Source: a virus | IMG/VR virus record: IMGVR_UViG_3300046512_000168 | Location: 1 to 64,000 of that record | DNA length: 64,000 nucleotides | Direction: 5' to 3' (one strand) | Shown: piece after piece, positions 19,893 through 31,646 of the stretch | How positions within the stretch are numbered: the first letter of the stretch is position 1 | Layout: each line of letters starts with the position of its first letter | Notes under the pieces: model-generated | Seen by the model: the letters and a program-made list of their open reading frames with translations, nothing else | Database searches by the model: none | What the model was told of the DNA's origin: nothing | Made by a program: the position numbers and the translations under genes

Positions 19893-20552
19893 ATGCAGGA
19901 CAAAACCATACCGATGAAGGGCGGCTGGGTCATGTGCACCATGGTCCCGCCGACCCAGATCAAGCCTGCCTACCTTGGTGTCTACTATGCCCGCCCGGAG
20001 AGGGTCTTCGAGCAGGGCGCGTTCACCAATCTGCTGCACAGCGCCTATTCCGACAGCCAGCTTCGGGTGATCTACAAGCATCGCCAGCGCGCTAAGCTTA
20101 GCGTCTCCGAACAGGAAGAACTGCAGCGCATCGGCAAGACCAAGCGTCTGAAGCGCGCGATGGCCGACGTGCCACTGTGGCATGACACGGATGAAGTCGA
20201 ACCGCCAGAGGAGATCGACCTGCCGGACCTTTCCGACCTGGTGCTGGAAATGCGTGTGCGCATCCTGACGCCCGACGGCGAAGTCTGCCTCGAACCACAC
20301 GAGTATTCGATCATCGACGATCTGCAGCCATACCTGGACGAGATCGGCGATGGCTATTTCATGCGCGAGCTGGGCGGCATCAAGTCGGCCAAGAAGCTGC
20401 AGGAACAGCTCTTCTACGTCATGCAGCGCGGCATCCCCAGAACGACCGCTTACAAGCTACTCCTCGGCGAGATCGAGCGACCGAACGTCTTCTGGCTTGA
20501 GCCACACCCCGGCCTGCAGGCATACTTCTCTCGCGGTGCCTTCAGCCGTTGA
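19893..20552 (+). CDS. Hypothetical protein
   Basis: 219-aa ORF in operon context with typical codon usage. Confidence 0.65.
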   Translation: MQDKTIPMKGGWVMCTMVPPTQIKPAYLGVYYARPERVFEQGAFTNLLHSAYSDSQLRVIYKHRQRAKLSVSEQEELQRIGKTKRLKRAMADVPLWHDTDEVEPPEEIDLPDLSDLVLEMRVRILTPDGEVCLEPHEYSIIDDLQPYLDEIGDGYFMRELGGIKSAKKLQEQLFYVMQRGIPRTTAYKLLLGEIERPNVFWLEPHPGLQAYFSRGAFSR

Positions 20553-22802
20553 GCTAAAATTGCAACCCGTTGCATTCATTTGTTGACGAACACTTGAACA
20601 TATGCGATAGTAAATAATAGACAGATGGAGGGGCAGATGCCCAAGCTAATTCGAGACGTCCAGTGCAATCTGTGGGGCAGCGATGTCACCCTGCCGGCGG
20701 GCACGCGTGTAATGCTGGTCAAGGGCGCGAGCGGTACAAAGGGCGATCTCTACGCCGTCGCTGACGCAAAGCTGCTGGTCGATCTCACGGGCAATTCGCA
20801 TGACCCGAAATACCGGTATGCGTTCGTCGATCACGCTGACGTAGGGGAATAGGACATGACAGACGAAGCGAAGCAGAAAGTCAGCTTTCTCGACGATGTA
20901 AAACCAGCGTGGACCTACGTGGCGCAGGTTTGCCTCATAGCTCTAGAAGATGGGACGGACGCTGGCATTACCGAAGCCAAGAGCACGGTAATGCACATGG
21001 CGCAGGTCGCCGATAAGGCTGTCTTCTACAGGAGCCTCCTGCAGAAATATATCGAGCACGTCGGCAGCCGCGAAGGCTTCACCTTCCTCGACGATCTTGA
21101 CGTCGACACGTCATTTACCAACGAAGAGAAGGCCGAGTTGCTTAAGCTCAATGCGGAGCGTCAGTCATGAGCGAAGCAGTCAGCGAAAAGGGCGTGCCCC
21201 TCGACGGCAAGCGCGCCGCAGAGACCGGCTGGGGCGAACGGGACAATCCATTTCCGAAGGGACGCCGGGACCATGAAGCCTGGGCCAACGCGCACAAGGC
21301 GCAGCTCGGCGAGATGTGGAAGGACTGGAGGCACGTCCCTGACGCGCTCGTCGAGGCGGTCTCGCGCATCGACCCAGCAACCATAGACGCTCGCGTCGAG
21401 GAAGATCGCTACCTGCGCGCCGGCCGCCACCTCTTCGATACCGCGAAGTCGCTCGGCTGGAAGGACGACGGCGAGGGCGCTTACGAATTCATCCAACGCA
21501 TCAGCTACGAGCAGGGCCTGGACGACGCGAAAAGAGGAAACAGGGAATGACTGACAAGACCAAAGAAGCCTTGGAAAAGGTGATGTCCTATGCGCGCGTG
21601 GCGGCCATCCTGCCATTGGACGCGCAGAAGCAGGCGTTCGATGCGCTGAAAGCTGCGGACGATGACGAGCCGACGGCTGAAGACCGCATCGACAACGCGG
21701 TGCAGGCCATGTCGGAGACGCACTCCTCCTGGGAGAGCCGCTGCCACGCGATCATGGCGGCCATCGGCAAAGACTTCGGCCGGTTGCAACCCGTTGCAGA
21801 CGAGGACACGCGCATCGTCTTCGATCAGGAATGGACCCCGAACTACCTCAGTGTCGAGGACAGCGGCGCAGCGCGCATCTACTGCGTCGAGCCCGTCGAC
21901 GAAAACCTGCGCATGGAGGTACGTCTGCACGGCTATGACGAAGACTGCAACCATGAGACCTTCAAGCAGTTCGAAGGCAAGCGCATCCGCGTTACAGTCG
22001 AGGCGATCGAAGAATGACCCGCGCTCAGATTGAGGCGAGACTTATGGTTTTCCGGGAGCGCCTGTCAAAAGTGCGAGAGGTCCTGCGCAACCCATTAAGC
22101 CACTCCCCGGAGCAGCGCCTCGCGATGCGGGCAGAAGGGAACGTGTACGCGACAGAGATCATTGCGCTAGAAGCCATGTTGGAGGTGACGGAATGAGCGT
22201 CCATACGATCTTCGCGCACAAGAGCTATATCGTCGACGCGTTCATCAGCGTGGTGCAGGAGGGCGAGTATCGACCTTACTATGCCTTCCTGACGGACAGC
22301 CTGATGACATCCGAGCGCTGCCAGGCGCAGGCGCGCTTCGAAGGCCGTAAGGTGCTCTACCGCGTTCGCGTCAAGATGCGCAAAGACTTCCCGATCATCG
22401 GACGAAAGGGTAGATCATGATAGACTGGTCAACCGTCATCGGCATGTGGATAGGCATGGCCATAGGCGGGCTCATCCTCGGTGCCCTGATGCTCATCGGC
22501 TTCCATGTCGCAAGGCGTTTCAGGGTGCACCACAACAGACGCCTCTGGAGACAGGTATTCGGGCCGACACTGGCCGAAGCCAAAGTGCTCGCCGAGCAGA
22601 AGCGTAAGGCGACGCTGATACAGAACTGCGCCATGGCCTACCAGCACCACACCGGTACTGACACGATGGTCATCCACCCGACTAAGCGTGACCGTCTGTC
22701 GTGCATGTACTGCCCCTTCGATCTTCCCTTGCCGACGCGCTACCGTGAAATCCGTGGCGGCTCGATCGGCGGTGGCTGGAGCACAGTCGAGGTCATAGAG
22801 CC

Positions 22803-23075
22803 ATGAGCGGACCAGCAGGCGAATACCACCGCAACTTCCTCAAGACGCGTCTGCGCGAGGAATTCAAAAAGGGCGGCTTCTCAATGCAGGACATCATGGA
22901 CAAGACCGGCTTTACCGAACTGGCCGTGCGCCGCGCCTTCAACTACGATGAAGCGACCACGCTCCACAAGCTGGGGGAGCTGGCGAACGCCATGGGTTTC
23001 AAAGTCGACCTCGTTCGGGCGCACCCCAGAGGTGGCAAAATCGATATTGTGCACATAGAGGAAAGACATGACTGA
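22803..23075 (+). CDS. XRE-like HTH DNA-binding protein
   Basis: SMQDIMDKTGFTELAVRR..TLHKLGELANAMG. Confidence 0.65.
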   Translation: MSGPAGEYHRNFLKTRLREEFKKGGFSMQDIMDKTGFTELAVRRAFNYDEATTLHKLGELANAMGFKVDLVRAHPRGGKIDIVHIEERHD

Positions 23076-23649
23076 CGACAGCAAACCAGACGGCATGCGC
23101 ATGGAATACGGCTCGGCGATCTACCGCCATCGCGGCTTCGACATCGCCTACCGTGAGAACAACGAAGTCTGGAGCTGCCATGCGCTGAATGTCGAGCACG
23201 TCCAGCTCTCTCGCGTCAAGGAGATGATCAACAAGATCGACAAGCAGGCGCGTGAGCTGGGCGAGGACGGCGTGCGCGTGCTGATCGTTCACGACTACGG
23301 CTCGGTCGAGATGAAGGAGGCCTACGCCTACGCGATCGACGCCAACCGTGAGGACGTCTGGGTCACCACGACCAAGGAACACTACGCCCGCCACGGCGGC
23401 AAGAGTATCGTCGATACCCGCAAGAAGGCGAAGATCGATACCCTCGTCCTTGACACACCCGAGACGCGCGCCGCCATCCAGGCCTATCTCGACGCAGAGA
23501 AGGAAGTGCAACGGGTTGCACGCGAGAGGCGCGAATACCTCAAGACCCTGCCGCGCCTGACCATGCCGGAGCTGAAACCAGTCGAAGCCTTGTCCGAGGA
23601 CGACAGCCAGAAGCTGGCAGCCAGGCCGGTACGCAAGAGGACGAGATGA
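23068..23649 (+). CDS. Hypothetical protein ending PVRKRTR
   Basis: GAGG RBS; overlaps neighbours. Confidence 0.7.
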   Translation: MTDDSKPDGMRMEYGSAIYRHRGFDIAYRENNEVWSCHALNVEHVQLSRVKEMINKIDKQARELGEDGVRVLIVHDYGSVEMKEAYAYAIDANREDVWVTTTKEHYARHGGKSIVDTRKKAKIDTLVLDTPETRAAIQAYLDAEKEVQRVARERREYLKTLPRLTMPELKPVEALSEDDSQKLAARPVRKRTR

Positions 23650-23980
23650 ATAACGATCCGAACTACGCTGAATTCGACGACTGCATCTGGGTCAGCCTGT
23701 ACTGTTCCAGCAAGAAGGCGCGCGCCGAGATTATCCGCCTCAAAACGCTTAATGGACTGGGCTTCCTATTCAATCCAGGGGGCGGCCAGTTTGTCGGACA
23801 CGAGCCCTATTTCAACTGTCAGATTACTACATTCGATGACGTGCTCGATCTGACCACGCTGCGGAAGGCGCTCACTGCTGCCGGCCGGTCCACAGAATAA
23901 TTGCAACGCGTTGCAACGAGTATTTGACAAACACTTAGATATGTAGGATTATAAATGAAACCTACAAAGGAGGCGCGGTT

Positions 23981-24745
23981 TTGAAATACACATATTGCCT
24001 GTCTGATATTCACGGCATGGTCGATCACCTCGGCCAGGCCATGCGCTGGATCGCCAATGACTGCGCCGAGACCATGACCAGCCTCGAAGATGTCACGATC
24101 GTCTTCATGGGCGACTATATCGATCGCGGCCCCGCGTCACGCGCCGTCCTCGACATGCTGATGCTCATGAGGGACACCAGCCCTCCGACGATCGTCATTC
24201 TGCGCGGCAACCACGACGAGATGATGCTGCAGGCGCTGCGCTACCGATCGAAAACGCACGAGGTATGCTGGCTGCAGAACGGCGGCCTGGAGACGCTGAA
24301 GAACTACGAAAAGCCGGTCGCGGCCCGTGGCTTCGAACGCAGTCTCTATGACGACGCGGTCTACGCGCATCTCGACTTCATCGAGAGCATGGACCTGTTC
24401 TACGAGGACGAGCACCGCGTCTATGTTCATGCCGGCGTGCGCGGCTCGTTCCAGCGCATGGGCCTGCAGCAACCCTTTGACCTCTTGTGGATCAGGCCGA
24501 GCGAAATGGACGAAGCCTGGCCGGCCGGTATGCCGGTCGAGCCGAAGCTTGTCGTGCATGGGCACACGCCTGGTCATCCTGGCATCCCCGAAAAGACCTT
24601 CGGTATCGACGGCGGCGCCTGCTTCGACACTGGACATCTGAAGGTGGTCAAGTTTGACGATCAGCATCGCGATCCGATCCATATCCAGGAGATCAGACCG
24701 ATCAAGATGGCAGGCGTCAACGACAACAAGGTAAAGGCAGCATGA
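23981..24745 (+). CDS. Metallophosphoesterase (Ser/Thr protein phosphatase family)
   Basis: DIHG, GDYIDRG, GNHD, HAG and HGHT motifs; TTG start after AGGAGG. Confidence 0.9.
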   Translation: MKYTYCLSDIHGMVDHLGQAMRWIANDCAETMTSLEDVTIVFMGDYIDRGPASRAVLDMLMLMRDTSPPTIVILRGNHDEMMLQALRYRSKTHEVCWLQNGGLETLKNYEKPVAARGFERSLYDDAVYAHLDFIESMDLFYEDEHRVYVHAGVRGSFQRMGLQQPFDLLWIRPSEMDEAWPAGMPVEPKLVVHGHTPGHPGIPEKTFGIDGGACFDTGHLKVVKFDDQHRDPIHIQEIRPIKMAGVNDNKVKAA

Positions 24746-25128
24746 CCGGCATATTCCTTCATGATTTCTCCTGCGAGGAGGACGTCTTCTCGCAGTTCGA
24801 AACAAAGGACGAGGACAGGGAAGGCGTGCGCATCTTATTCGCGACCTACACCTACGAGAACTATTCGGGGAGTGCATTCGTGCTGCTCGAAAAGGATGGA
24901 AAGCTGTTCGAAGTCAATGGATCGCACTGCTCGTGCTACGGTCTCGAAGGTCAGTGGGCACTGGAAGAGGCTGACAAGGACGCGCTCTTGCACCGCTTGC
25001 GCAAGGGAGACATGGGCGGTGAATACGAGGGCAACTGGTCGCAGGCGCTCATCGATCTGCTCGACCCGCCATCTCCGCCGACGGTAGCAAACCTCATCGT
25101 CGCCAGGAGGAGGGCGATCGATCTATGA
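24742..25128 (+). CDS. Conserved phage hypothetical protein ending RRRAIDL
   Basis: Y.G.AFVL..DGKLFEVNGSHCSCYGLEGQW pattern. Confidence 0.75.
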   Translation: MTGIFLHDFSCEEDVFSQFETKDEDREGVRILFATYTYENYSGSAFVLLEKDGKLFEVNGSHCSCYGLEGQWALEEADKDALLHRLRKGDMGGEYEGNWSQALIDLLDPPSPPTVANLIVARRRAIDL

Positions 25129-26282
25129 CCCCTAAAGTCGAGCTGCTTACGCGAGACGGAGGGCGGGCTTGGCTTCGCATGCCGTCGGCCCAGCCGTCGC
25201 AGGGGATGGTGTCGTCAGAAGCACTCACGCGTGACGACCTCGTGCATCTTTATGCCCAGCTTAGCGCACATCTTCGCGAGACGAGTGGCCAACCCACTGT
25301 CGCGATCGCCGGCCGCGCCATTCAGCTCGAAGACGCACCTGTAGCCGCCCCGACTTTGCAACCCGTTGCACTATCCACATCTGTCGCAGTGCCGTCGAAC
25401 TTTCGCGCCATTGATCGGACCCCTGCCGTAGGAGACTGGTTCCTCATCTTACGCCGCGAAGGCTCGACGTCGGACTGCACAGTCGGCCGTCTCTACCAGG
25501 TCACACGGGTTGACGTCGAGGGCCGCTCAATTCCAGCTATCTCTTTCGTCGACGATGTCGGTGATCGCGTGTCGATGTTCTCTGGACGTGGCGTTAGCTG
25601 GGAGTTAGTCGAGCCGGCGCTGGTCGAGCCGGCGCCCCTGACGTTCAACTGGGACGCCGTAAACGATCTGAGGCCGAGACCAGAGCATTACCCGCCTCCC
25701 GCAGAGACGTTCCCGGTCGAAGGGTCTACTTGGCCGTGGCGCGTCGTCACCGATCGGCCGCCTGTCGTGGGAGACTGGGTGCGCATCACGCATGTCCCTG
25801 ATGAATATAGCGATTTCACTGCCGAGGTTGGCGGCGTCGTGCAGCTAATCGACGTCGACACAGACGAGTGGAGCAGAAACGGGGCATGGGATGGCAGCCA
25901 TCACGCAGACGACTACATGGTATGGCATGATGGGGACATGAGCTGTGTCCAGGCCGAGCTGGTCGAGCGCGTTACCAATCCGATCGTCTATCGCGCCGTG
26001 GCTACGACGACAGACACGATGGTCGAGCCTTTGGCGGAGAGCCGCGTTGTCCCCGGAAGCCTGCGCATCAACGAGCTGACACTAGACGGCTATGATAGCG
26101 TCCCCATGCCGGTGCTTGTGCAGAGCCTTGCCGAAACGATTACAGGCGTCACCCGAGAGACATTCCGCGCGCTCTTCCTGGAGCATGTCGAGGAACTGAG
26201 CCACGCTATAGACGCAGCGGTAACCGAGCTGGATGATGACCAATGGTTAGGCGCCATCCGCAGGATGCGGGAGAGGTCATGA
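25125..26282 (+). CDS. Mosaic hypothetical protein with two VGDW beta-modules
   Basis: RAIDRTPAVGDWFLI and RVVTDRPPVVGDWVRI repeats. Confidence 0.65.
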   Translation: MTPKVELLTRDGGRAWLRMPSAQPSQGMVSSEALTRDDLVHLYAQLSAHLRETSGQPTVAIAGRAIQLEDAPVAAPTLQPVALSTSVAVPSNFRAIDRTPAVGDWFLILRREGSTSDCTVGRLYQVTRVDVEGRSIPAISFVDDVGDRVSMFSGRGVSWELVEPALVEPAPLTFNWDAVNDLRPRPEHYPPPAETFPVEGSTWPWRVVTDRPPVVGDWVRITHVPDEYSDFTAEVGGVVQLIDVDTDEWSRNGAWDGSHHADDYMVWHDGDMSCVQAELVERVTNPIVYRAVATTTDTMVEPLAESRVVPGSLRINELTLDGYDSVPMPVLVQSLAETITGVTRETFRALFLEHVEELSHAIDAAVTELDDDQWLGAIRRMRERS

Positions 26283-27118
26283 ACGGGCAGGGCGCTAGAC
26301 ATATAATTTGACAAACACTCATACATATGAGATAGTCAAAGGAGATGAAAGGGCAGGGCATGAGCAGGGCAATCGATTTCACACCGGAAGAGCACCACGA
26401 GGAAAAAGAGTTCGGCCCTCTGTGGCTCCCGCCGCATACCTGCGACGACTTCAATGACCACGAGTGCGGCATCTGCAGAATGCGCTCCCAGATGCGCGCC
26501 TATTACGAAAAGTGCCGGCAGGAATATAAGATCGCCTGCGCGGCTGATCGCGGCGAATGGACGCCGCGCGAGACGAGGGCAACGGCATTATGACACGCGC
26601 ACTCGAACTGGAAGAATTGCAACGCGTTGCACCATCGGAGGCGCCGCCCGAGCCGATACCTGAATTCACCCATATAAGGCATGACGGCTATACGTGGTGC
26701 GGCTATGCCAAGGGCAAGTACGGCGACCATGAGCGCGGCCATCTCTACTCAACAGTCACCAACAGGGCCCAGCGCGTCGCTATGTGGCAGAGCAACCAAC
26801 TCTACGGAGACGGGTCGCTGACCATCGACTGGGTCGAGAACGGCTGGAAAGTCTGCCCGCACTGCGAACGTGATAAGTGGAGCGAGGAGAACAAGGACGC
26901 CCTGGCTGCGCAGCGCAGGTACGCGGCCGAGGAGATAGCGATCGCCAAGGCCGAGGCCGGCGAATGGACGCCCAAGAAGAAGCGCGCTGTCATCCTACGC
27001 GAGCATGGTCAGCCAGAGACAGTGCTGCGCGCCAGGCCATTTTCCGACTTCAAGACAACGGAAGAACTGATCGAGGCGTGGAAATGAAAGCTACTCCAGG
27101 ACAACGAGAGCAGTTGCT

Positions 27119-27469
27119 ATGAAGAAAAGCTGCCACATCACCGTGGACTACGAAGGCGGGACTGCCTGCGCCTGGGCGATCGAGCGCACGGCCAAGGGTG
27201 TCGAAGAGCGGATAGAAGAACTGTGCCGGCCCGAGATGCGCGGCAGCCAGCAGATCACCCCGAGAAGAATGCCTACGAAGATAACACTTCACGTCGACGT
27301 GGAAAGCCAAGGCTTCAAGGTATGGGCCGTGGGCACTGACGGCTACGAGAAGGTGGAGGAGCGCGCCCTAGCCCTGCTCGCCGCCACGAGCAGAGAATTC
27401 AACCGTCTGCACGGCATCGAGCCCGCCGTCGACGAGTACGCGATAGAGAAGAGGGCGATCCAGTTATGA
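27119..27469 (+). CDS. Hypothetical protein ending KRAIQL
   Basis: ORF coupled to the downstream gene. Confidence 0.6.
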   Translation: MKKSCHITVDYEGGTACAWAIERTAKGVEERIEELCRPEMRGSQQITPRRMPTKITLHVDVESQGFKVWAVGTDGYEKVEERALALLAATSREFNRLHGIEPAVDEYAIEKRAIQL

Positions 27470-27774
27470 GCCAGCCCAATGCGATAAGCTGCGCAACCTG
27501 CGTTTACCGACACACATATACCATCAACTCGGTCTGCCGGCGAAACCCGCCGACGGCGCTCCCAGGCGGCAACGTCTGGCCGAAGGTCGGGGAGTTGGAT
27601 TGGTGCGGCGAGTGGCAGCCGAAGAGCGAGCCCATGCCCATCCAGCCGAGGCGATCGCTTAGCCTCTGAAGAAAATACTTGACATCAACTAATTTAGGCT
27701 TTGACAAACACTTAAACATATGTAAAAGTCAAAAATGAAGGCTACAGGTTTTTGCAACGCGTTGCAGACAGGAG

Positions 27775-28335
27775 ATGGGCATGGCCGAGAATTTCGACAA
27801 GATGTGCGAGGCAGTCATCGATAAGTGCGGGCTCGATGGCGCAATCCCTTGGATCATGATGGCCTCGCTCCTCTACTACCACGCGGACATTTCCATCCTC
27901 ACCGATCCATTCTACGACAAGCTTACGCGCGAGCTGCACGGCAACTGGGCCGAGCTGAAACACCCACACAAAGCGCTGATCGACAAGGACGGCCTGAAAA
28001 CGGGCAGCCTCTATAACCTGAAGATCGAGAACTATCCGAAGAGCGTGCGCGGCGCGGCCTTCTCTCTCATCACCGGCAAGGGCTTCGGCCTCGACGTCAA
28101 GAAGCGCGACGCCATCTATTACGCCGACTTCGAGCCACCTGAATATGCCTTCGACACCTATGTCTATGGCGAGCGCAAGGAGACCTGGCGCCAGTACCAG
28201 GCCCGCCTCAATCCGCCGAGCGAGATCGAGCTCGCCGAAGCCGTGATGGCAGCCATCATTCCGCCACCCGAGCCTGAGCCTGTCTTCAATATTCGCAAGC
28301 GCGTCCGGCCGACTAATGAAGGAGTAAGTGCATGA
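27775..28335 (+). CDS. Stand-alone NAD-dependent DNA ligase subdomain Ia-like protein
   Basis: LYYHADISILTDPFYDKL matches YY..D...I.D..YD.L of ligase domain Ia; no adenylation KxDG motif. Confidence 0.6.
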   Translation: MGMAENFDKMCEAVIDKCGLDGAIPWIMMASLLYYHADISILTDPFYDKLTRELHGNWAELKHPHKALIDKDGLKTGSLYNLKIENYPKSVRGAAFSLITGKGFGLDVKKRDAIYYADFEPPEYAFDTYVYGERKETWRQYQARLNPPSEIELAEAVMAAIIPPPEPEPVFNIRKRVRPTNEGVSA

Positions 28336-28502
28336 GCGTATTCGCCAAGGACCCCTGGGTTCTGTTCTGGATCGTCCTTGTCATCGTGCTGCTGATCCGA
28401 TCCATGTGGAAGAGCAGGGAGCGCACGATCAGGATCAAGGAGCGGGGCTGGCCGCCGAACCATCTCGATGCCAACGGCGACTTCAGGGAAATCGACGAGT
28501 AA
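28332..28502 (+). CDS. Small membrane protein (GWPPxHLDAxGD)
   Basis: 56-aa ORF not in the track; AAGGAG RBS; one TM segment. Confidence 0.6.
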   Translation: MSVFAKDPWVLFWIVLVIVLLIRSMWKSRERTIRIKERGWPPNHLDANGDFREIDE

Positions 28503-28533
28503 TCCATCCAACCCAGAGAGGGGCAGACGCCAC

Positions 28534-29850
28534 ATGAAACGCGTCAGACACTTTAAGAACCAGAAAACCTACCGGCGGCTCGGCGAAGCACTCTTCCAGG
28601 TGAGCACGACAGATGTACGCCGCGCTCCGCACTTAGCCAGCAGTGAGCACTATGACGGCGAGACCGGCAACTACGTCAAGCAGCGCATCGTCCGTGACGG
28701 CGACCCGGTCGAAGTCTATCAGTCCGAGGAAGAAGGCAAATTCTTCGTGCGCTTCCCCGATGAGATGAACGACGAGGCGCGCTTCATCTCCGACGGAGAG
28801 ACGAACGACAGCGCCCTCTGGGACATGCTCGAAAACCTCTTGCGCGAGGAGGCCATCTCCGATTGGATGAACGACTGCAGGCCTTACGTCGAGGGCACCC
28901 ATCTGGCGCGCGACGAGAGACGCGGTCGCATCCGTGCGCTCAAGACCATCCTGCAGACGCAGCGCACCGCCATCCACGCGCCGACTGATATGCAACCCGT
29001 TGCAAGCAAGACCCTCGTGCCGATCAGTGCCGACGGCAAATACGTCTTCATCGACGGGCGCGGCGACGTGCCGATCCTCTACGACTGCGAAGGCGAGATG
29101 ACCGACAGCGAGGCGGTCGATCTGATCAACCAGCTCTTTCGTGAAAACGACGTCCGTGATGGAAGCACGTTCACGCATGGGGCGGCGCGCGCCATGCTGC
29201 AGGGGATGGCCGTTCGGGCTTACAGAGCCGGCCGAGACGACGGCTTCACAAAAGGCTGGAACGCCGCACCGAAGACAGAGGACACTATCCCCAAGCTGGA
29301 GAACTGCGGGCAGTACCTGGCGCGGGACAACACAGGCCAGTGGCATTACATCAATCACGCGAACACCTGGCAGGGATGCCCTGACCCACTCCCTGACGTG
29401 CGCATCGACGACAACCCCGATCACGACGGCACGGATGGGGCGCATCCCGCATGGTGGCGCGGCAATGACCATGGCCTCCATCGCGTCGCGGACCTCGTGA
29501 CCTTCTGGATCACCGAACCTGACATGGGCAAAGTGATGGCCGGCGCCTTCGGTGAGCCGCAGCTCGAACGCCTGCGCGCCTCTGTTATCGATCTGCGCCA
29601 TAAGGTGGGTGGATCAGACGAGCGTGCACAGGCAGCATTCGAGCGGGGCTTCGAGGCAGGGGCTACCCGCATCATGAACGCCCGTCCCGACCCGCTCACT
29701 AAGACTGACCTGCGCGACGCGCTGGATTGCTTCTGGAACGCTGCGATCGGCGAGGCCCATCACAAGCAGGACAGCACGGCCTTCGCCGTCGCATCGATCA
29801 TGGCAAGCGGCATACAGGCTATTTCGAACAGCCTGAAGGAGGGCAAATGA
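28534..29850 (+). CDS. Mosaic hypothetical protein (DUF1653-like N-terminus; DGTDGAHPAWWRG module)
   Basis: RHFKNQKTY..VYQS..FFVR; likely start at ATG 28534. Confidence 0.6.
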   Translation: MKRVRHFKNQKTYRRLGEALFQVSTTDVRRAPHLASSEHYDGETGNYVKQRIVRDGDPVEVYQSEEEGKFFVRFPDEMNDEARFISDGETNDSALWDMLENLLREEAISDWMNDCRPYVEGTHLARDERRGRIRALKTILQTQRTAIHAPTDMQPVASKTLVPISADGKYVFIDGRGDVPILYDCEGEMTDSEAVDLINQLFRENDVRDGSTFTHGAARAMLQGMAVRAYRAGRDDGFTKGWNAAPKTEDTIPKLENCGQYLARDNTGQWHYINHANTWQGCPDPLPDVRIDDNPDHDGTDGAHPAWWRGNDHGLHRVADLVTFWITEPDMGKVMAGAFGEPQLERLRASVIDLRHKVGGSDERAQAAFERGFEAGATRIMNARPDPLTKTDLRDALDCFWNAAIGEAHHKQDSTAFAVASIMASGIQAISNSLKEGK

Positions 29851-30077
29851 CAGAGTGGAACCGAGACATCAGCAGCGCCCCTAGGGTCGGGAAAATCTGG
29901 CTAGCTGTCCAGAACTTCCAAGTCGTCGGCCCGTCCTACTGGGTGGAAAGCCGCCAAGCCTGGGCCGGCCTCGGCAGCAAGGAAGAGCCGATCGCCTGGT
30001 ATCCCTACTTCAAGCCGGAGCATCCGGACGCTAAGCCGGTTGAAGAGCCGGCTGTCAGGAAGCGGGTGCGCGCATGA
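29847..30077 (+). CDS. Small hypothetical protein ending VRKRVRA
   Basis: W..ISSAP..PIAW pattern; AAGGAGG RBS. Confidence 0.65.
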   Translation: MTEWNRDISSAPRVGKIWLAVQNFQVVGPSYWVESRQAWAGLGSKEEPIAWYPYFKPEHPDAKPVEEPAVRKRVRA

Positions 30078-31025
30078 CTATGCCCCTGGAACGGATTTAC
30101 GAGCTTGGCGAGGAGATCGTCATGCTTAGCCTGGGCGGCGCGCAGGTCATGCTCATGCTGTCCGACGGCAACGAGACATTCCACGATGCTCGTTTCGTCG
30201 GCTTCCAGCCAGGCGCGATTGTCATCATGCACGCCACGCAGCCGAAGGTCATTCCGTTCCAGGTCATCACCGAACTGGAGATCATGTACGTATGAGGCTC
30301 GGCGATATCGATGTGCGGGACCTCGCCAACAGGCTCATGAAGAAGGGCGACAACGTCGAGGCCAGGCGCAGGCAGAAGCGAGACGCAGACAGCCTAGCAT
30401 TCGACGCGTCTGCCGGAATGATGGCATCGTCCTTCGTATTCTGGGGGCTATCGCAGGTGCTGACAGACATGGCCGACGCGCATGACGCCGTGCCACCAGT
30501 CAACGGCCGGGCCTTGGACCTTGCAGATGACTAGGCGTGAGGTGCACCTGACCCAGGACGAGGTCGTCATGCTGCGCGACGGTATCGTGCCGACCAGCCT
30601 GCGTGATCGCCTCGCACCGGAGAACAGGCGCACCAAGCGCTGCGAGGCGTGCGGTGGTCATTCCGGGAATGCGTCGGCCACCTGCAAACACTGCGGCAAG
30701 TCCTTCGAGTTGGTGGCGAAACCGTGGCATTGCAGGGTCAAGCGCAAGTGATTTTGCAACGCGTTGCAACGTATATTTGTTGACAAACACTTAGATATGT
30801 AGGATATTTTATTATCAACAAGGGGAGACGGGAAATGCGGACGATGGCGAAAATGACCTTCCAGAAGGGCGACGAGACCTTCTCCAGCGAGGGTAACTTT
30901 AACGAGCAGTGCAACGCGGCCGAGGAGCACTTTGGCGTCTCTCGTCGCGAAGGCGAATGGAACATGCTGGGCCTGCTTATGGTCTGGTACTTCATGGACG
31001 AAATCGAAGACTGCATGGCGGATTG

Positions 31026-31646
31026 ATGAACCAGCGCGTCCAGCCCCATGTCTTGTCAGTCACCCCGCTGGAGCAGGAGCCCCGGCGGGCGATGGACCTC
31101 TGCGAAGAGGAGCTGGTGCGGGACGGGCGCGAAAAGCTGCTTGACCTCACCAAGCGCGAGCTGATCCTCATGATCGAGGCGCTGGAGGGGCAGAACGAAC
31201 GCTTCAAGCAATACATCGCGCAGTACGAGGCGATCCAGGTCAATGACCGTGAGGAGAAGCACAATCTCCGGACGGCGGGCGTCGCGCTCAAGCACAAGAT
31301 CGAAGAGCTGGAGCGCACCACGGTTGACACGGCAGACGCACGTTTCATTCTCAGGAACCTAATCTATTCGCTGCTGCACACCGTCCATGTTCTGCCAGAG
31401 GGCGAGCGAACGCGGCCGGCAATGCTGGCTATTAGGCGCATCGAGCATCAGGTCTACAAGACGGCCTTCGTGCTGCGGTGGCTCGAAAGCGATATGGACC
31501 TTGCCTGCGCCATATGGCAACTCTGCAAGTGGGCCTGCTACCTGCCGCGCGAGACGTCCAATATCTACCGGGCATGGGCGCGCGCCGACGAGGACTGCAT
31601 GCCGACCCTTCTCACCGAGATCATTCTACGGGACACAAAAGTATGA
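31026..31646 (+). CDS. Coiled-coil hypothetical protein with N-proximal RRAMDL
   Basis: TGATG overlap start. Confidence 0.6.
   Translation: MNQRVQPHVLSVTPLEQEPRRAMDLCEEELVRDGREKLLDLTKRELILMIEALEGQNERFKQYIAQYEAIQVNDREEKHNLRTAGVALKHKIEELERTTVDTADARFILRNLIYSLLHTVHVLPEGERTRPAMLAIRRIEHQVYKTAFVLRWLESDMDLACAIWQLCKWACYLPRETSNIYRAWARADEDCMPTLLTEIILRDTKV

Noticed and set aside
25105-25128. RRAIDL tag as a by-product of the next gene's Shine-Dalgarno (AGGAGG = Arg-Arg)
   Set aside because: Possible here, but the copies ending at 6515, 17633, 37565 and 58271 use CGN codons and have no overlapping downstream start, and SD overlap does not explain A-I-D-L.
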